A program made the translations under genes and the position numbers. The notes under the pieces are model-generated. The model saw nothing but the letters and a program-made list of their open reading frames with translations, did not search any database and was not told where the DNA came from. Shown here in pieces: positions 13,016-27,320 of a stretch of 64,000 nt of DNA (within the stretch, counting starts at the first letter, position 1; the number at the start of each line of letters is the position of its first letter). Source of the DNA: the human T2T-CHM13v2.0 reference genome, Homo sapiens; the NCBI RefSeq assembly GCF_009914755.1, contig NC_060929.1; one strand, given 5' to 3'.

Positions 13016-14199
13016 GATGGCCAATTTGTTATGGGGCTTTTCCATGGTGTTAAACCTCCCCAAGTTGTGGTTTTCTCATCTGTAAATTAGGTAACATGGT
13101 ACAAATAGATTAGGGCATTTGTGAAGATTAAATAGCAATAAAAACAATAGTGCCTGCCATATATTATGTACTCAATACATGTTTGCTATTATTATCTCCA
13201 TTTGATGGATGAAGAAACTGAGAATCAGACTTGTCTGATGCTGCCAGAGCTGGACTAGAGCCCGGATCTCCTGATTTCCAGCTGGCTCTGGCCGTTCCAG
13301 CCCGTGGAATCAGCATCATTGCATCTCCCCTCACAGTAAGGACAGGGCCGCTGGGGTGAAGATACTTTTAAGTTGGCAGGGAAAATAAGCCTTATTATTT
13401 TATTTTTTTTTCCAAATCAGGATTTACTTCAGGGTCATTAAAACGCTGCTATGGTTTGTAAGATTTGTTGGAGTTTCTAAGTATATTTTAGTTGCTAAAC
13501 CTTGCTTGAGGCTCTAGGGCAAAGGTGTTTGGGGTCCTTTGTTTTAAACAAGATGAATAAACAAGGAGGAGCATGATAATCAATGAAGAGGTTGGACTGG
13601 CTGGGTGCTGTGGTCCTTTAAGCACAGACACTTTGAGTCTTACTGCTCATCCGTCACTTCCCATCACAAACCTGGTGGGAAATTGGCTAAGTACCCAAGC
13701 CATACCTCTATGCCTTCTAGATTTGTATTCCCCTAACCTTCCAAGGAAGAAAGTGGATCTTGGGGCAAGGTGGCAAGATGGCTTTTGTGAGAAGCTTTTA
13801 GACTATGCTCGCTTCAGGGTAGGATCCTTTTAGGAGGAAGTAGACAAACTGGAGTGTCTTGGCCAAGATCACACAGAAAGTTGAAGAGGCAAGGCTAGAA
13901 GTCAGGTTTCTTAATTCCCAGGTTAGTGTGCTATCTGCCAAACCATACAAATACCCCTAAAAGCCTGAAAAGAGTCTCTGAATGTGTGCATGAGTGAGTG
14001 CGTGCGTGCATGCAGCTATGTGCGGAGGGGTACAGGAAAGGGAGAAGACTATCATACTGCATGCCCTCTCCTGTTCTTCTTTCCAACACATGTGTGCTCA
14101 AGGGACAGCTTTGGGACAGGATCGACATTCCTAAAGAGTATCAGTTTGAGGCTTGTGTACACAGAGAGGTGGAGCATCTCCACCACATCCCCTAGGAAT

Positions 14200-14362
14200 C
14201 TGCCACCCAATATGTGGTCTTTGAACCTACGGCAGCTGCGGCACCTGGGAGCTTGGTAGAAATGCAGCACTTGGGCTACAACCTGGACCTACCGAATGTG
14301 AATCTGCATTTTAACAAGATGCAGATGTGATTTGTAGGCATGTTCAAGCTTGAGAACCACAA
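14200..14362 (+). mobile_element. MER5A-family hAT-Charlie MITE
   Basis: CACCTGGGAGCTTGGTAGAAATGCAG...GAATCTGCATTTTAACAAGAT...TTGAGAACCAC. Confidence 0.75.
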
Positions 14363-15864
14363 ACTAAGAGATGTTAGAAACTCATAGGCTGGCAATATAT
14401 GTCTGGACTGTAGATTGCCAACCTCTGGTCTGGATGGGAAAAGAATGATGAGTTTGTCCCATGTGCAGCTTTGATTCAGTGGTAAATTCTTGGATCACTG
14501 TGCTGAGAAATATTGATAGAATTATTTTCATGTTCAATTAGTGATACCTGCCATAGATTTGGAATGGAGAAGAGGCTCTTATGGGCTAGGTAGTCACCAT
14601 CACTGAATGAGACTACCTAGAAAGCTCTCCCAGCTCTGAAATTCTCTAACTTTCATGCTGGCAAACTACTCTTGGGCTGGAGGCTGGGTGATGCCTTCTG
14701 GAAGTTGTGCTGGTTCTGCCCTTAGCTAGCTCTGTGATCTTTGGGAAAGTCTCTTACATCCTTGGAGCCTCAAATACCATGTCTGCCCCCGATCTAGGTT
14801 TACTGGGAAGCCTAAATAAGATAGGGAATATCAAACAGATCTGTGGACCAAAATAGGTTGTAGAAATAAAAAGTTTTTTATGTAACAGTGATGAGGAGAA
14901 TGAAGACAATTAAACAGGCTCAAAGAATATGTGTGGCATTCCTAGAACATAGAGAATTAATGGCCAAATCAGAGTCAGAATTCAAATTTCCCAACTCCCA
15001 GGTGGATTGACTGTGTCTTGGGATTAGTTCTACATTCCATACCTAAACACTTGAAAAAGGAAATCATATAAATGAACACATCCAAATTTAGTGATGGTGA
15101 TGTGGTAACTGCTAATATCTATCGTGTATGTATATTGCGCCAGGAACAAAACATAAAGTTTGTAACATGTATGATCTCTTTTAGTTCTCACATCAACCCT
15201 CTGAAGTGGGTATTGTGTATAATCCCACTGTACGGGAAGAAACTGAGGCTTAGACTGTGACTTTTCATTGAACATCTTGCTTTTTAATGTGGGATAATGT
15301 CTTACATCAAAGGGTTACAGTTATAATGGTGGAAATTCAGGCCCCAAGATAAGCCAGTTGAATGGGGGGAAGGAAAGGTACTTTTTGGGTAGAAGCAGAT
15401 TGGCATATTCCAGTGCTCCTGAAATTGCGCCAGAAAGTGGTGGCAGGTTCTGCCAAGAAGGCGTGGCGTGAGCTGAGTTTGTCACCTTGTAGCAGTATGT
15501 GCTGCCCTGGCCCCTTTCAGGCTGAAGATACTGTAGCTGGCAGTCCTAGTGTGGGGAAGTGCCAAGTCAAGTTGGAAAGCAAGACTTTTAGACAAGATGA
15601 CCAGCAAAGGTGGGGCCACAGAGCTGGGCTCGACCAGACTGCTGTGCTCCGTGTTTATAGCACGGAGCCCATCTCCAAATTAAATCTCCTGGACTTGTCA
15701 CTTGGGGTAAGGTGAGGGAGAGCAAATCAACAGAACACAGAAGCAAGGGAACATGAGCCCTTTTCCTAATCTCGATAGCTGGAGGCCCAAGGAATCCCGA
15801 GAACATTAGTTCTAAGTTTAACCAGTAGGGTCCATAAAGAAGTTTTCTCCCACCATTAAGCAAA

Positions 15865-16130
15865 ACGGTATAGTGGGGAAGTGTTTGGGCTCTGAATTGA
15901 TCAAGGCAGTTCAAGTCCTCTGCCGCCATTTGCTAGCTGCGTGGTGGTGGGCAAGTTTATTAGTCTTTAAACCTCAATTTTCTCATCTGTAACATAGAGA
16001 CAACAATGGAACCTGCCTCAAAGATGTGTCAGGGAGATTCAGTAAGATCACGCATTTAAATTCATCACAGTGCCTGACACAGTAAATATTCAAAACATTG
16101 ATGGCTTTGAACAAAGTTATTATTGTTAGC
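15865..16130 (+). mobile_element. MIR, near full length
   Basis: GTATAGTGG...GGCAAGTT...CCTCAATTTTCTCATCTGTAA...ACAGTGCCTGACACAGTAA. Confidence 0.75.
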
Positions 16131-16816
16131 ATCATTATTATCATCCTGATTGTTAGGGTATGAGGGGTCTAATAAATCGTAACTCTTTGGCTTGAGTTCT
16201 GTGTCAGAAATCTGCATTAAGAAATAAGACAAAGAAATAAATCAGAAGTGAGATCAAAATGCCACTTTTACTACTGGAAAGCTAACACTGGAGGATGTAG
16301 CCTGAATGGACAGAATAACAAAGCCCTGCTACTCCATCCTGGCCGGCACAAGCTCCTTTCTTGGGAAAACCTACTTTTGTACAATTCACTGCCAAGACGA
16401 TGGGTGTGAGTTCTCTGTAGGTCACCTGGCCCAATAAGGAAGAGAAACAATTGTAGAGCTTTGTATACCTGTCCTCAATCCTTATTTATAAGCTCCTCTC
16501 TGCAAAGAGTGCAGAGATCAGGGGAGTGGGGAGGGTTGAGATGGGGCAAAAGAGGCTGGGGAAAGGTTTAGGTTTTATAACAAGGAAGACTGCTCCGAGT
16601 AAAAGGAAATATCAGGAGTGAGCAGTAAGAGCTTCTTCCAACCTTCATATATTACTGTGTAACAAAAACAGTGGCGTACTTAGCGTATTTGACATTTGGA
16701 GAAGATCATTTAATATTGCCTCCCTCAATTAGACAACAGAATTATTTTCAGAAATAACTATATAACGATCAGAAACAACCTTTGGTTTTAAAACAATCAA
16801 CACATCAGAATCATTC

Positions 16817-16991
16817 ATTTTACTTATTTACTTATTTTTTAGAGACAGGAGATCTCGCTCTGTCATCTAGGCTAGAGTTCAGTGCTGTAACCTCAGCTCA
16901 CTGCAGCCTTGAGCTCCTGAGATCAAGCGATCCTCCAGCCTCAGCCTCCTGAGAAGCTGGGATTACAGGTTGCTTACCACCATGCCTGGTT
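16817..16991 (-). mobile_element. Alu monomer (FRAM/FAM-like)
   Basis: T-rich tail then a single monomer ending CCACCATGCCTGGTT; flanks share ATTCATTTT. Confidence 0.75.
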
Positions 16992-17465
16992 AGAATTCAT
17001 TTTATTTTTAAAGGTGTTATTCAAACTCGGTAATAGTTGACATCTGCACTAAATTTTTCACTTACCAAACAAAGATGCTATACTTTACATTTTGTACCTG
17101 TCTCAGTGTTTTACATTTTAAACCAAAATAGGAGCATTAAGTGATTCCATAGAATGACAGAACTGAATGATCTCAACTTCTGTTTTCCCTGCTTTACAAT
17201 CACTGTGCTATCCTTGTTTATTCCAAATCTACTGTTTAAATGCTGGAATATGTAGTGCAACAGGGGCTGGAGGCAGGAACCAGGCCCAAATTTCAAACTG
17301 TCACAAACTTTCTTTTGAAATTAATCTGTGGGGCTGAGCCTAAACATTCCAAACTTATTTATATATTATCAAAGTTCCACAGTAACCTCAGCAATTATTT
17401 TGATCTTAGACCAACCAAGATTTTTCGGGGAGGAAGGAGGCATATTTTATCACTGGCATTGTTTA

Positions 17466-17872
<407 letters not shown>

Positions 17873-18399
17873 CTACAGACAATGCACGTCCTTATTGCCC
17901 ATATATCTGGGACAGATTGCGTCCCTTTTTTGTCTCCCGTTATGCCACTGAGTAAATACTATGCAGGGCTGGGAATCAGGATTTCTGGGTCCTAGACTTA
18001 TCTTTGCAATTCTCAGTTTCTAATTGGGCAACTCTCATTTCCTCTCTGGGCCTCAGTGCTCCTAACTGTAAACTGAGGGGGCTGACCTGGGTCATCTCTA
18101 AAAATTTCTTTTCCGCTCTAAACTCTGCTTTGAGAAGTCATCTTTCACCAGAGAGAGGGTAGACTGGAAAATGAATTTGAAATCTGAATCTGTCTCTGTT
18201 TGGGGAGTGATGCTGATTTATGGGGACCAGTCAGTGAAGGGAGATCATGTGCTTTTGATTTATACCAGTGGCATGATGTGCTTGGGCTTACGCAGTTCTG
18301 AAGGAGCTGAGAATAAAATAAGAGGAAGTTTCAGGGTTGGCTGCACTTGACAGGAAGAGGAGGAAACTATGACCCAGTGGCGGTGTTGATGGTGATGAT

Positions 18400-18605
18400 G
18401 GTGCTAGCAAACACTTTATTGAGCACTTATTATATGCTAGGCATGAAATCTTCATAATGTCATCATGATGAAGATAACCACTATTTATCACCAGTTTGCA
18501 GATAAAGAAATTGGAGCTGTGCTCAAGGTCACATAGTTGACAAATGGCAGTTGTGGGGTTTGAATCCAGGTTGTCTGACTCTAGACTCTGTATTTTAACC
18601 ATTGT
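18400..18605 (-). mobile_element. MIR
   Basis: TTTATTGAGCACTTA...TTGCAGATAAAGAAA...CAAGGTCACATAG...TTTGAATCCAGG. Confidence 0.7.
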
Positions 18606-20074
18606 GGTAGAAGGCTGGGATGTGAGTAGTTGTTTCCCCTGGACAGTGTCTCTGCTGTGGGCTGGCCATATCCAGGGAAGGGGGTTACTGGGTCCTGGCA
18701 TTACAGAAAGGGCCTAGGAGGCTCTGTTAAAGCAGAGTTTGGCTTGGTTTCAGAGCTTTCCTGTTTCTGGCACATTGTAAAACCACTAATTGTTAATGTT
18801 CTGAGGGGGGCTTTGAATCTCTGATCTACCTTCCTCTTCTTTGAGGCTATAGAGACTGAAGTTTCGAGGAGGGCAAGTGACTTATTTAAGGTGACCCAGA
18901 TTTAGGGGCAGGTTCGGAACCAGGATTTCATCAACTGGTCCTGCCTTGACAGGCAAAGTCTGGCCTAGCTTCTTCCCATAATCTCCACCTTTGCTCTTGG
19001 GGTTCCCAGGCCACATTTTTCTAGGAATTATCTGGGTCTGGCACTTAGCTACCTCCACTGTTAAGTGCTGGGTTAAACAGAGAGATGACATTCAACCCCT
19101 TCTCATCCCACTGCAGGGATCTTTTGTCCATGGGTGAACTCTATTGTTCTTGTACTGAGTTTCACGATGATTTTGAAATTTAATGATTCTACGAAGCGTT
19201 ATTTCCTCCTGTAAAGAACCCAAGAGGCTTGTATTACACATTACTATTCCATTCATTAGAGTACAAGCTCTCTCTGCTACGCACTGGAGTCATAGACAGA
19301 CATAGTCCCTGCTTTTATGAAGCTTATAGTCTAGTGCAAGATAAATGTTAAATAAGCCACAAAATAATTAGTTAATTACCCTTGTTGTTATTTAATTTGT
19401 ATTTGCATATGAGGGTATGGAGATTTTTTTCCCCTAAATATGTGCAGTCTAAAAAGAGCTATGAGCTCTTTTCTAATCTTAGCTTTTCTCTGAAATCTTA
19501 TATTTCATTTTTATTATATCTCACTTTGTTTAAAAAATGTGGCATATTTTACAGTACATTGTCAAAAATGTCACATTGTTCTTTATCCCAAACAAATGAA
19601 ATTTACCTTGTAACCAAGTCTCTCTTTCTGGAATAGCTACAGATCTGAGCAGAGAACAATGGAAGGTAATACATCTTCTACTGCAATTGCCTTAACATTC
19701 ATCATCTTTCCTCAATTTTTTTATTAAAAACTAGAGATTAGAAAGTCTATTTTGTTTCTATTTCAGCCAAAGTTTGTTGAAGATTGCAACAGTCTGGGGG
19801 CTTCCTGGATATGCGTGCAATAAGTTGTAATACCTGATATATGTTATGGGTTTTTTTTTCCTCTCTGGATGTTTCAGTTGTGACCACCAGTCTTCTAATT
19901 GAGCTTCACAGTGCACCATAGTAATCCCATTTTATAGAGCAAAATGGGTGAGATGTTTCTCATGTAACACAATGAAGAATAGAATTACTGACTATAAGTT
20001 TGGGAATCTTGCCACAAGTGATATTTAGTCTCTTAACATCTAAGCAGATCTAAATCAGAATCCTATCATCTCTG

Positions 20075-20790
20075 CTTTCATCCATCCATTCAACAAATAT
20101 TTCTTATCTGCATGTATCTTCCACAATCCTGGCACCCTGATAGATGCTGAGAATACCCTGGGGCACAGAACAGGCCAAGTCTCAGATTTCATGGAGCTTC
20201 TATTCTAGTAGGGCTGACTACTATACACAAGTAAATAAATACACAAGATAACATCAAATTGTGATGAGGGCAGTGCAATAAAATCACTAGGGTTATGGAA
20301 ATAAGACTAACTCAGTGGTGATGGCCACATCTTTATTGAGGAAATGACATTCAAGTTGAATCCCAAAGGAAAAGAAGAAACCAGCCAGGTGGGGAGTGGA
20401 GCATTATAGCACACGCAAAGGCTCTGAGGCAGGAGCTGGCTTAGTGTGTTTGAAATACCAGAGAAAACCAAGATTTGTTGTCTAAAGAGCAGTGGTGGTG
20501 GTAGGGAGAGTAATGGGATGGGTGGCTGCAGAGGAAGCAAGGTCAGATCATCTGCAGCCTTTAGGGCAAAACTAGGGAGTTTGGAATATTCTAAGTATAG
20601 CTGGGAAGCCAATGAGAATTTAACAAGGGAGCCATAATTATACCATTCAATGGGATAGTTTAAGGGGAGCAAATCTGAAAGAAAGAAAGAATGCATTTGG
20701 AGGCTGTCACAGTGGTCCAGGCAAGAGATGATGGTGGCTTGGCCTATGACGGTGGAATGGAAATGGAGAGATGGAAAGTTTCAAGACAAA
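20075..20790 (-). mobile_element. L2
   Basis: CATCCATCCATTCAACAAATATTT...CATGGAGCTT...TTCTAGTAGGG...GGTCAGATCA...GGTCCAGGCAAGAGATGATGGTGGCTTGG. Confidence 0.8.
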
Positions 20791-21182
20791 TTTAGGGACC
20801 AGGGCAAGGGAAAGAGATTTAAGGCTATCTCTGAAGTCTGGCTTGAGAAATTTATTAGTTACATTGTCTTGGGAAAGATTCTTATCCTTTCTGAATCAGA
20901 GGATTGGCTGGGGCATGACGTGAGACCCTGGGAGGAGACTGAAGACCTAGGTGGGATAAACCCAGGGCAGGGAAGGGAAGATGGCGAATGCTGTTGGGCA
21001 TCTGTGCAGTGGCTTAAATTGCTTCTCCACCAAGAATTATAAAATGTCACAACCTGAAGAAACCTAAACTACCAATAGCGTCAGTTACTCAAGGAAAACG
21101 ACAGTGACATATATTGCTTCAGCTTATACCCACAATACCTAGTTAGTAGAAATTGAATAAAGACTTTTTCTTACTAAAATAT

Positions 21183-21715
21183 GTATTATTCAAGACTTTT
21201 GGGGTTACAAGGAAAAGAAATGCAGCTTGAACTGGTCAAAAAAGAAGAAAAATTATTTGCCATTACCATGAAAAGATAAAGGGCTAAACTTCAGGCTTGG
21301 TGAAATCTAGGTGCTCCAGTACTGTTATCCATCATCTGATTCCTGTGAGTACAGGATCTTCCTTCCTTTGTGTTGGCTTTTCTCAGACAAATTTTCCTGC
21401 AGGGGTAGCTAAGTTGGAAATATTTACTTCAGGTTGGTATGTGAGCAGCTCCAACAGAAAGTAAGCACCTGTTTCCCAATAGTTACAACATTAAGTCCAG
21501 GGGTAGGTTCTTTTTGACCTGGCCTGGATTGCATGCTCATCCCTAAGCCACTCTCAAAGGTCAGTGGGTGAACTATGTGGATGGCTCAAGGTCTGGCTGG
21601 TAAGAGGGATCGCCCCTGTTTAAACCATACGAATGGAAAATAGACGATTCCCAAGGAAAATGGAGCTGCTGTTGCTGGAAGCTATAATACATGCTGGGGA
21701 GGCAAGAATGACAGA
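21183..21715. mobile_element. Old MaLR LTR (MLT1J/K/L-like)
   Basis: GACTTTTTGGGGTTACAAG..AGAAA...CTTCAGGCTTGG...ATGCTCATCCCTAAGCCA...TTCCCAAGGAAAATGGAGCTGCTGTT. Confidence 0.6.
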
Positions 21716-22550
21716 CCCAACAGGGGCCCCATGAATTCCAATTCAGAATCTCATCTGCCAAACAGATAAACGCTGCATCTCCCTTCACTCATTGATTCCC
21801 CAGAGGTGGTCAGAACGGGGACGTGTACAGTCTGACAATGCACAGAAGGCAGAAACAATGCTTTCCATATTACTACGGCTTCAAACCTGGGTAATATGGA
21901 CATTAAGCCAGGTACAGAAACTTCTGAAACCAAGAGTTGGGTAGTTTGGCTTTTCGTGCATGTTGGGGGAAGATGGAGGTAAATGGCACTGAGGTGGTTT
22001 TACTCAGCTCTTCTCCAAAGCAGACATTTCTTAAATCTTCCAAACGCTTGTCAGTTTCCTTAGAAAGCATTTTATGACATTATCATAGATTGTCAGAGCT
22101 GGAAGGCAACTCAGAAATTTTTCAGTCCGAACTGGTTCTCTATTCAGATGAGAAAACTGAGGCCTGGAGCAGTGAGTCTGGAGAAAGGTCTTGAATCCAG
22201 GCCTGTGGCTTTGTTCCTATGAATAGTATGTTGAGTTTCTTAATTGCTTCCCTGGGTGAATTTGCTTCACATATGAGCTGTCTTTTCACTTTTTTCCTAC
22301 AAAAAGAATCTGTTTAGTTTCCTGTGGGAGATTATCTTGGCCCATATTTCACTTTGCTAATTCTTGAGTTTAAAAATCTCTCTGAGAACTGAAGGTGCTT
22401 TTGAAGATGATGTGTGGGTGACAATCACCCATGAGTCACTTTGCCCACAAAGAACTTAAGACCATGGATAGTCTCTGCTGGACTCCATATACCCCCAGAT
22501 TCACTTTCATCCAAACCTCAGGAAGAAAATGTCTTCTTCAGAAGCACCGC

Positions 22551-22639
22551 TTTATCCAGTAACAAACCTGCACATTCTGCACACATATCCCAGAATTTAA
22601 AGTATAATAAAAATTAAAGTAAAAAATAAAAAAAATAAA
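22551..22639 (+). mobile_element. Very short 5'-truncated L1PA 3' end
   Basis: GTAACAAACCTGCACATTCTGCACACATATCCCAGAATTTAAAGTATAAT plus A-rich tail; imperfect TSD AGAAGCACCGC (22540-22550) / AGAAGCATCTC (22640-22650). Confidence 0.8.
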
Positions 22640-22729
22640 AGAAGCATCTCACACATATGTCTTATGATGGAGCATCTCCTCCTGAATGAGGGCAGACCAG
22701 CCACATTGGATGAGAAACTGGAATAAATG

Positions 22730-22975
22730 TCCTGATTAAGATCCTGAATGATAGACTCAAATACCCTTGCCTGTGAATTTAGGCTCTGACATTTATCAGT
22801 TGTGTGATCTTGACCAAATTATTAAAGTTTGTTGAACCTCAGATTCATTATATTTAAAATGAACAGATTCATATAAGTCTACCTTATTACATAGTTGAGG
22901 TAATTAAACGAATGCTTAAAAATACTGAGCACACTGCCTGGGAGATTTTAAGGGCTGAATTTATGTGTTAGCTGG
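22730..22975 (+). mobile_element. MIR
   Basis: GGCTCTGACATTTATCAGTTGTGTGATCTTGACCAA...GAACCTCAG. Confidence 0.6.
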
Positions 22976-24599
22976 GTGGTAGTGGTGGTTGTTTTAGGTA
23001 ACACTGGAAGAGAGCTTGAAATACTGTGTAATTCATTCAAGATAGATGGGGATTCAGAGTGGAGTGTGTACAGTGTGGGTTTGTTGAAAGAATAACTTTA
23101 CTTGGCCCAAATCCCACTCTGTCCATCTCTCTCTGGAGTCTCTAAAATGTAGACATTTAGTGCAGTTTCTGCCACAGTACCCCTTTATTTTATCATACAA
23201 TCTCAGTGACTTGTACATGCTCCCTTGAATTCATTGACCAACCCTGATATCTTCCTCTCCTTCAATGGAATAGATTCCTCCTCTGATCAATACCTGTCAC
23301 TCAACAAAGACTCAGTGAGATAATGCACATATAGCATTTAGTCCACAGTGGCTGGCACATGGTAACTAATCAATAAAATGTTAGCTACTGATATTACTCT
23401 TACGACCACTCCTGGAATTATTATCAAGTACCTGGCACAGTGATAGCAATGAGAGTGAGAATGATGATGATGAGGGATATCTGGGGCCACCAAGGCACAC
23501 TTCCTAGTTTTTACAAAAGGCTAAGCTTTATTCACATTTATCATCCTATTTTTTTTCCTGGCAGGAGAAATAATTTATTAGGTCAACTTCTTCTCATCCC
23601 TCTTTTTAAGGTGAATTAACGTCAATCTTTAAAAAACAAAACGTTTCTCATAGATCCTGTTTGTTACCTGCTGCTTCCAATCATTTTCTCTTCACTAATC
23701 TGGTTTGGTGCTTGAAATAGATCTGAGTGGCTCAACGTCATCCATTAGAGAGACAAGATTTCCCACATATAAGTTTGATTTCATCATTGATGTAAGTTTT
23801 CAGGGCATCCTCTCAAGCATTCTATGATTTAATCCTGAAAATAGTCCAGGGTGCAAGCATGTTACTGTTCCTGTTTTTCAGAGATGGGTTAAGTAACTTG
23901 CCCAGTGCCAAAGAGGAGTAAGTGTTCCCTATTTGGATGGAAATTCGCTCTGCTGTATCACAAGGGCTCTCATGGGGTTTGGTGTAAGTTGTCTCTTATA
24001 ATAGGTCAGCATGGGGGTGAAGTCATTACAGCCATTCTTCATATTGCCCAGGGGACTAATGTAGGGAGAAAACAAGGCAGAGACACTGACATTCACCAGA
24101 GGCTGAGCATGTGGGCTGCAGCGACATTAGTTGTAGGAGTTTAGTTGGTGTCTTTTACCATTACCCTCGATGGTCCTTCCACTGGCTCAACTCACTGCCT
24201 TGTATTTGTTAGGTTTAGTAGTGCTTGTTATTTCTCTGTGTCAGTACTGTGATGGATATAGAGAAGCCAAGCTAAGAGGAATATTTTTGAAATAAGATAT
24301 ATCTAGGCTTGAAATCAGCCGTTTACTAGCTGTGTGAGCTTGGGCAAATATAATATTTTCTAAGCCTTAATATCCACATTTGTAAAGTGGAGACAAGAGT
24401 GCTTGGGCATATCTTCATATTACAGGGAAGAGTAAGTTAATAGTAAGGACAAATAAATAAAGCTGATCATCATCACTGCTTTTATTATTTTAAAAAGGAG
24501 AGCCCTTGAAGCATGAGAGTTGAATAGAGGAATTGGTTTGCATTCTGCAAACCCAATCATAGGCCCTCACTTCTCACTTCTTGTATAATCTTGTTATTG

Positions 24600-25630
24600 C
24601 CTTTAGATTCAATTCAATTCATTATACACTAATAATTTCCAAATGTGTATTTTGAGCCCCAGATATGCGTATATAACTGCCTAATTAACATTTTTCTTAG
24701 GTGCTTCAAAGGCACTGCAAATTGCTGTGTTGAAAAGCAGGAGTTATAATCAACTCCCAAACCTAATCATGTTCAGGTTTCTATCTCGGAGTGAATGGCC
24801 CCTCTGTTTGGCCAGTTGTGCAGGCCAGAAGCCTGAGGCTATTCTTAAACACCTTTTCCGATGTGGCCCATTAGAAAGTTCTGTAGGTTTGGCCTCTTTG
24901 ATATACACTGAATGTATCCATTTCTTGCCATGCCCAGCACCTCCCTGGTCAAATCTGGCACTATCTCTTGGCTAGACTGCTACAACAGTCTCCAGGCTAG
25001 TTACCCTACAGTTACTCTAGCCTCTTTCAGGCCAGTCAGAGGGATTTTTTTGGGGTAGGTAATGATCCTGTGTCCAGCCCCTACTACCCAGTCTTACACC
25101 TGAATATCTCTTTAGTGGTTTCTCCTTCATTTTAGGATTAAAACATGTTCAAGGACATGGCCTATAAGACCTATCAGGATCTGGGCCCTGGCTCTCCCTG
25201 AGGCTCATTTTCCATTATGCTGTCTCTTGTGTTTTCTCTGCTCAGACTTACTGATCATCTTATTGAACTTCCTGCTCACCATGTTTCAATCATAGGTGCT
25301 TTGTTCATGGTCGTATCTCTGCCTGGAGTGGTTTTTCCATCCCATCTTCTACCTAAACCGCACCTACTCCTCCTGCAGATCTTAGATTAAGCCTTCCCTG
25401 ACCTCTACAACTAGTTCAAATCCTTCTTTTATAGGCTTTCACATTATCCTGAACCTCTCCTTCATGGCACATGGGAGAGTTGCAATTTTATATATACATA
25501 CAATATTTTTATTTTATGTCAGTCTTTCCTGATTAGTCTTTCTCTGTTTTGCTCGTCACTGTTTTCCAGCACCCAGCACAGTACCTGGCACTTAATAGAT
25601 GGTCAATGAATATTTGTCCAGTGAATGAGA
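24600..25630 (+). mobile_element. L2 (about 1 kb including the 3' end)
   Basis: TATATAACTGCCTA...GGCCAGAAGCCTGAGG...AAGCCTTCCCTGACC...CAGCACAGTACCTGGCAC...AATATTTG...GAATGA. Confidence 0.8.
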
Positions 25631-25656
25631 ATCCTCAAGGAGAATTCATGTTTCTG

Positions 25657-25741
25657 GTCTCAACCTCCTGGCTTCAAGTGATTCTCCTGCCTTAGGCTCC
25701 TAAAATGCTGGGACTACAGGTGTGAGCCACTGCACCCGGCC
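25657..25741 (-). mobile_element. Tailless, 3'-truncated Alu left arm with TSD
   Basis: First ~85 nt of Alu (GGCCGGGTGCAGTGGCTCAC...GAGGTTGAGAC) between two copies of ATTCATGTTTCTG (25644-25656, 25744-25756); no poly(A). Confidence 0.85.
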
Positions 25742-26684
25742 CGATTCATGTTTCTGTACCATTGCTCTAGTTCATTGATCTCTAAGTGGTGTTTTGTATA
25801 TCACTAGCTAATGTGCATGGTGATTAACTGCTAATAAATGTCAAAGCTGGGACTTGAACCCAGGTCTTCTGCATGACAAGCAAGCAACTTAAGAGTTTAA
25901 CTGGAAGGCTTGCTGCTTAAATGGCTCCCTCTTGATTCAAGAGTGAAAGGGGTATGGTGATTAGAGGCTTGCCCTAGGAGTACTCCTGCTCCAAAGTCAA
26001 TGATCTAGAACTGTAGGTTTAGAGATGTGGATAAGTAAATGATTCATTGGGAAATGGCTCTGAGCCTTCTGAGAACCTTAAGAAACATATTCTTTTTTAC
26101 TCCTGGCTGGTCATGCATAGGACTTAGAAACGAATGATAACAGAATATATTTTCTGTCCCTCTTTGACATCACCTGAGTTTCAGTAAAATGTAATCTTCT
26201 ATGGGTGGAAGAGAGTTTATAGAGCCGGCCAAGTCTGATCGCCACCTGTGTCTTCCACCAACCCAGATGTATGTCCCTACCTGCTTATTAACTTTTGATG
26301 AGAAACGTTCCGGGAAGAACCTGCATCCATATGTCCCCTTGATTTATGTCTTCCTCTGCATTCTCACTGCTACCATCATGAGACCCTTGCCACCTCAAGC
26401 ACTGGTCCTGTTTGGAGTATTCATAATATTCGGGGTAGAGCATCAGTTCTCCCTGAGCTGATTTATTTCTCATCTCAATATTATTAGTCTTCCTTATTCA
26501 GAGAAGCTCAAGGAACTACAGTAGTTCCCTGTTACCTGCAACATCAACATGAGGCTTTTCTCCAGGGTCTTCAAGTAACGTCTTAATCTTTTTCCATTTG
26601 TCTTCATCTCCTATTACTCCTTAGTATATGCCATTAGAATGCTTTTTCTCCCATTATCTATCAACCAGTTATATAACTCACATG

Positions 26685-26960
26685 TTCAAATACTTACTGA
26701 GCCCTACTATATGCTAGGCACTGTATTGCACACTAGGGTACAGCAGGAGCAAGATAGTCACAGCACCTTCCCTCATGGACCTATGATCCATAAGGAGAGA
26801 CAAACATTTAAACAACTCCATTCACCGTTGCTTGTTTCGTTAAAATGGTAGTAAGGGCTACAAAGAAGGGAGGGGTGCTCAAAGTGTGTTACAGGGGAAC
26901 CTTACTTTGTAAGGAGAATCAGGGAAGTCTTCTTTGGGAGGAAATGGTGAAGTTGAATCA
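26685..26960 (-). mobile_element. L2 3' fragment
   Basis: TACTTACTGAGCCCTACTATATGCTAGGCACTGT...ATCAGGGAAG. Confidence 0.7.
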
Positions 26961-27109
26961 GAGATAATTCCTTATATTCATTCCCATTTTCTATCTAGTC
27001 CTGTGCTTTTTGAATCCCTAGGAAAAGCAGCCTTTCTTTCCTCTTTCTACACAAAAGCTACTCATTCCTTAGTTGTAACTTATTTCAGTGAGTTGACGGA
27101 AAAATATGA

Positions 27110-27320
27110 CAGTTAAAAGCTCAGATGCTTAAATCAGAGAATTGAAGTCGAAACCCAGCTCCACCATCTCTTGGCCTGGTGTCTTTATGCAAGTTATTTA
27201 CATTGCTAAGCCATAATTTGCTCAAATGCCAGGTGAGGATTGTAATACATTCCTCTCAGAATCATTCTGGGTGTGAAGTACTTAGCACCGTGCTGACACT
27301 TAGTAAATGCTCAATTAATA
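27110..27320 (+). mobile_element. MIR
   Basis: AAACCCAGCTCCACC...GCAAGTTATTTA...TAGTAAATGCTCAAT. Confidence 0.6.

Noticed and set aside
26201-26473. Overlapping ORFs, one hydrophobic and one acidic, in unique-looking DNA
   Set aside because: No recognisable protein family and no convincing acceptor/donor pair bracketing either frame.
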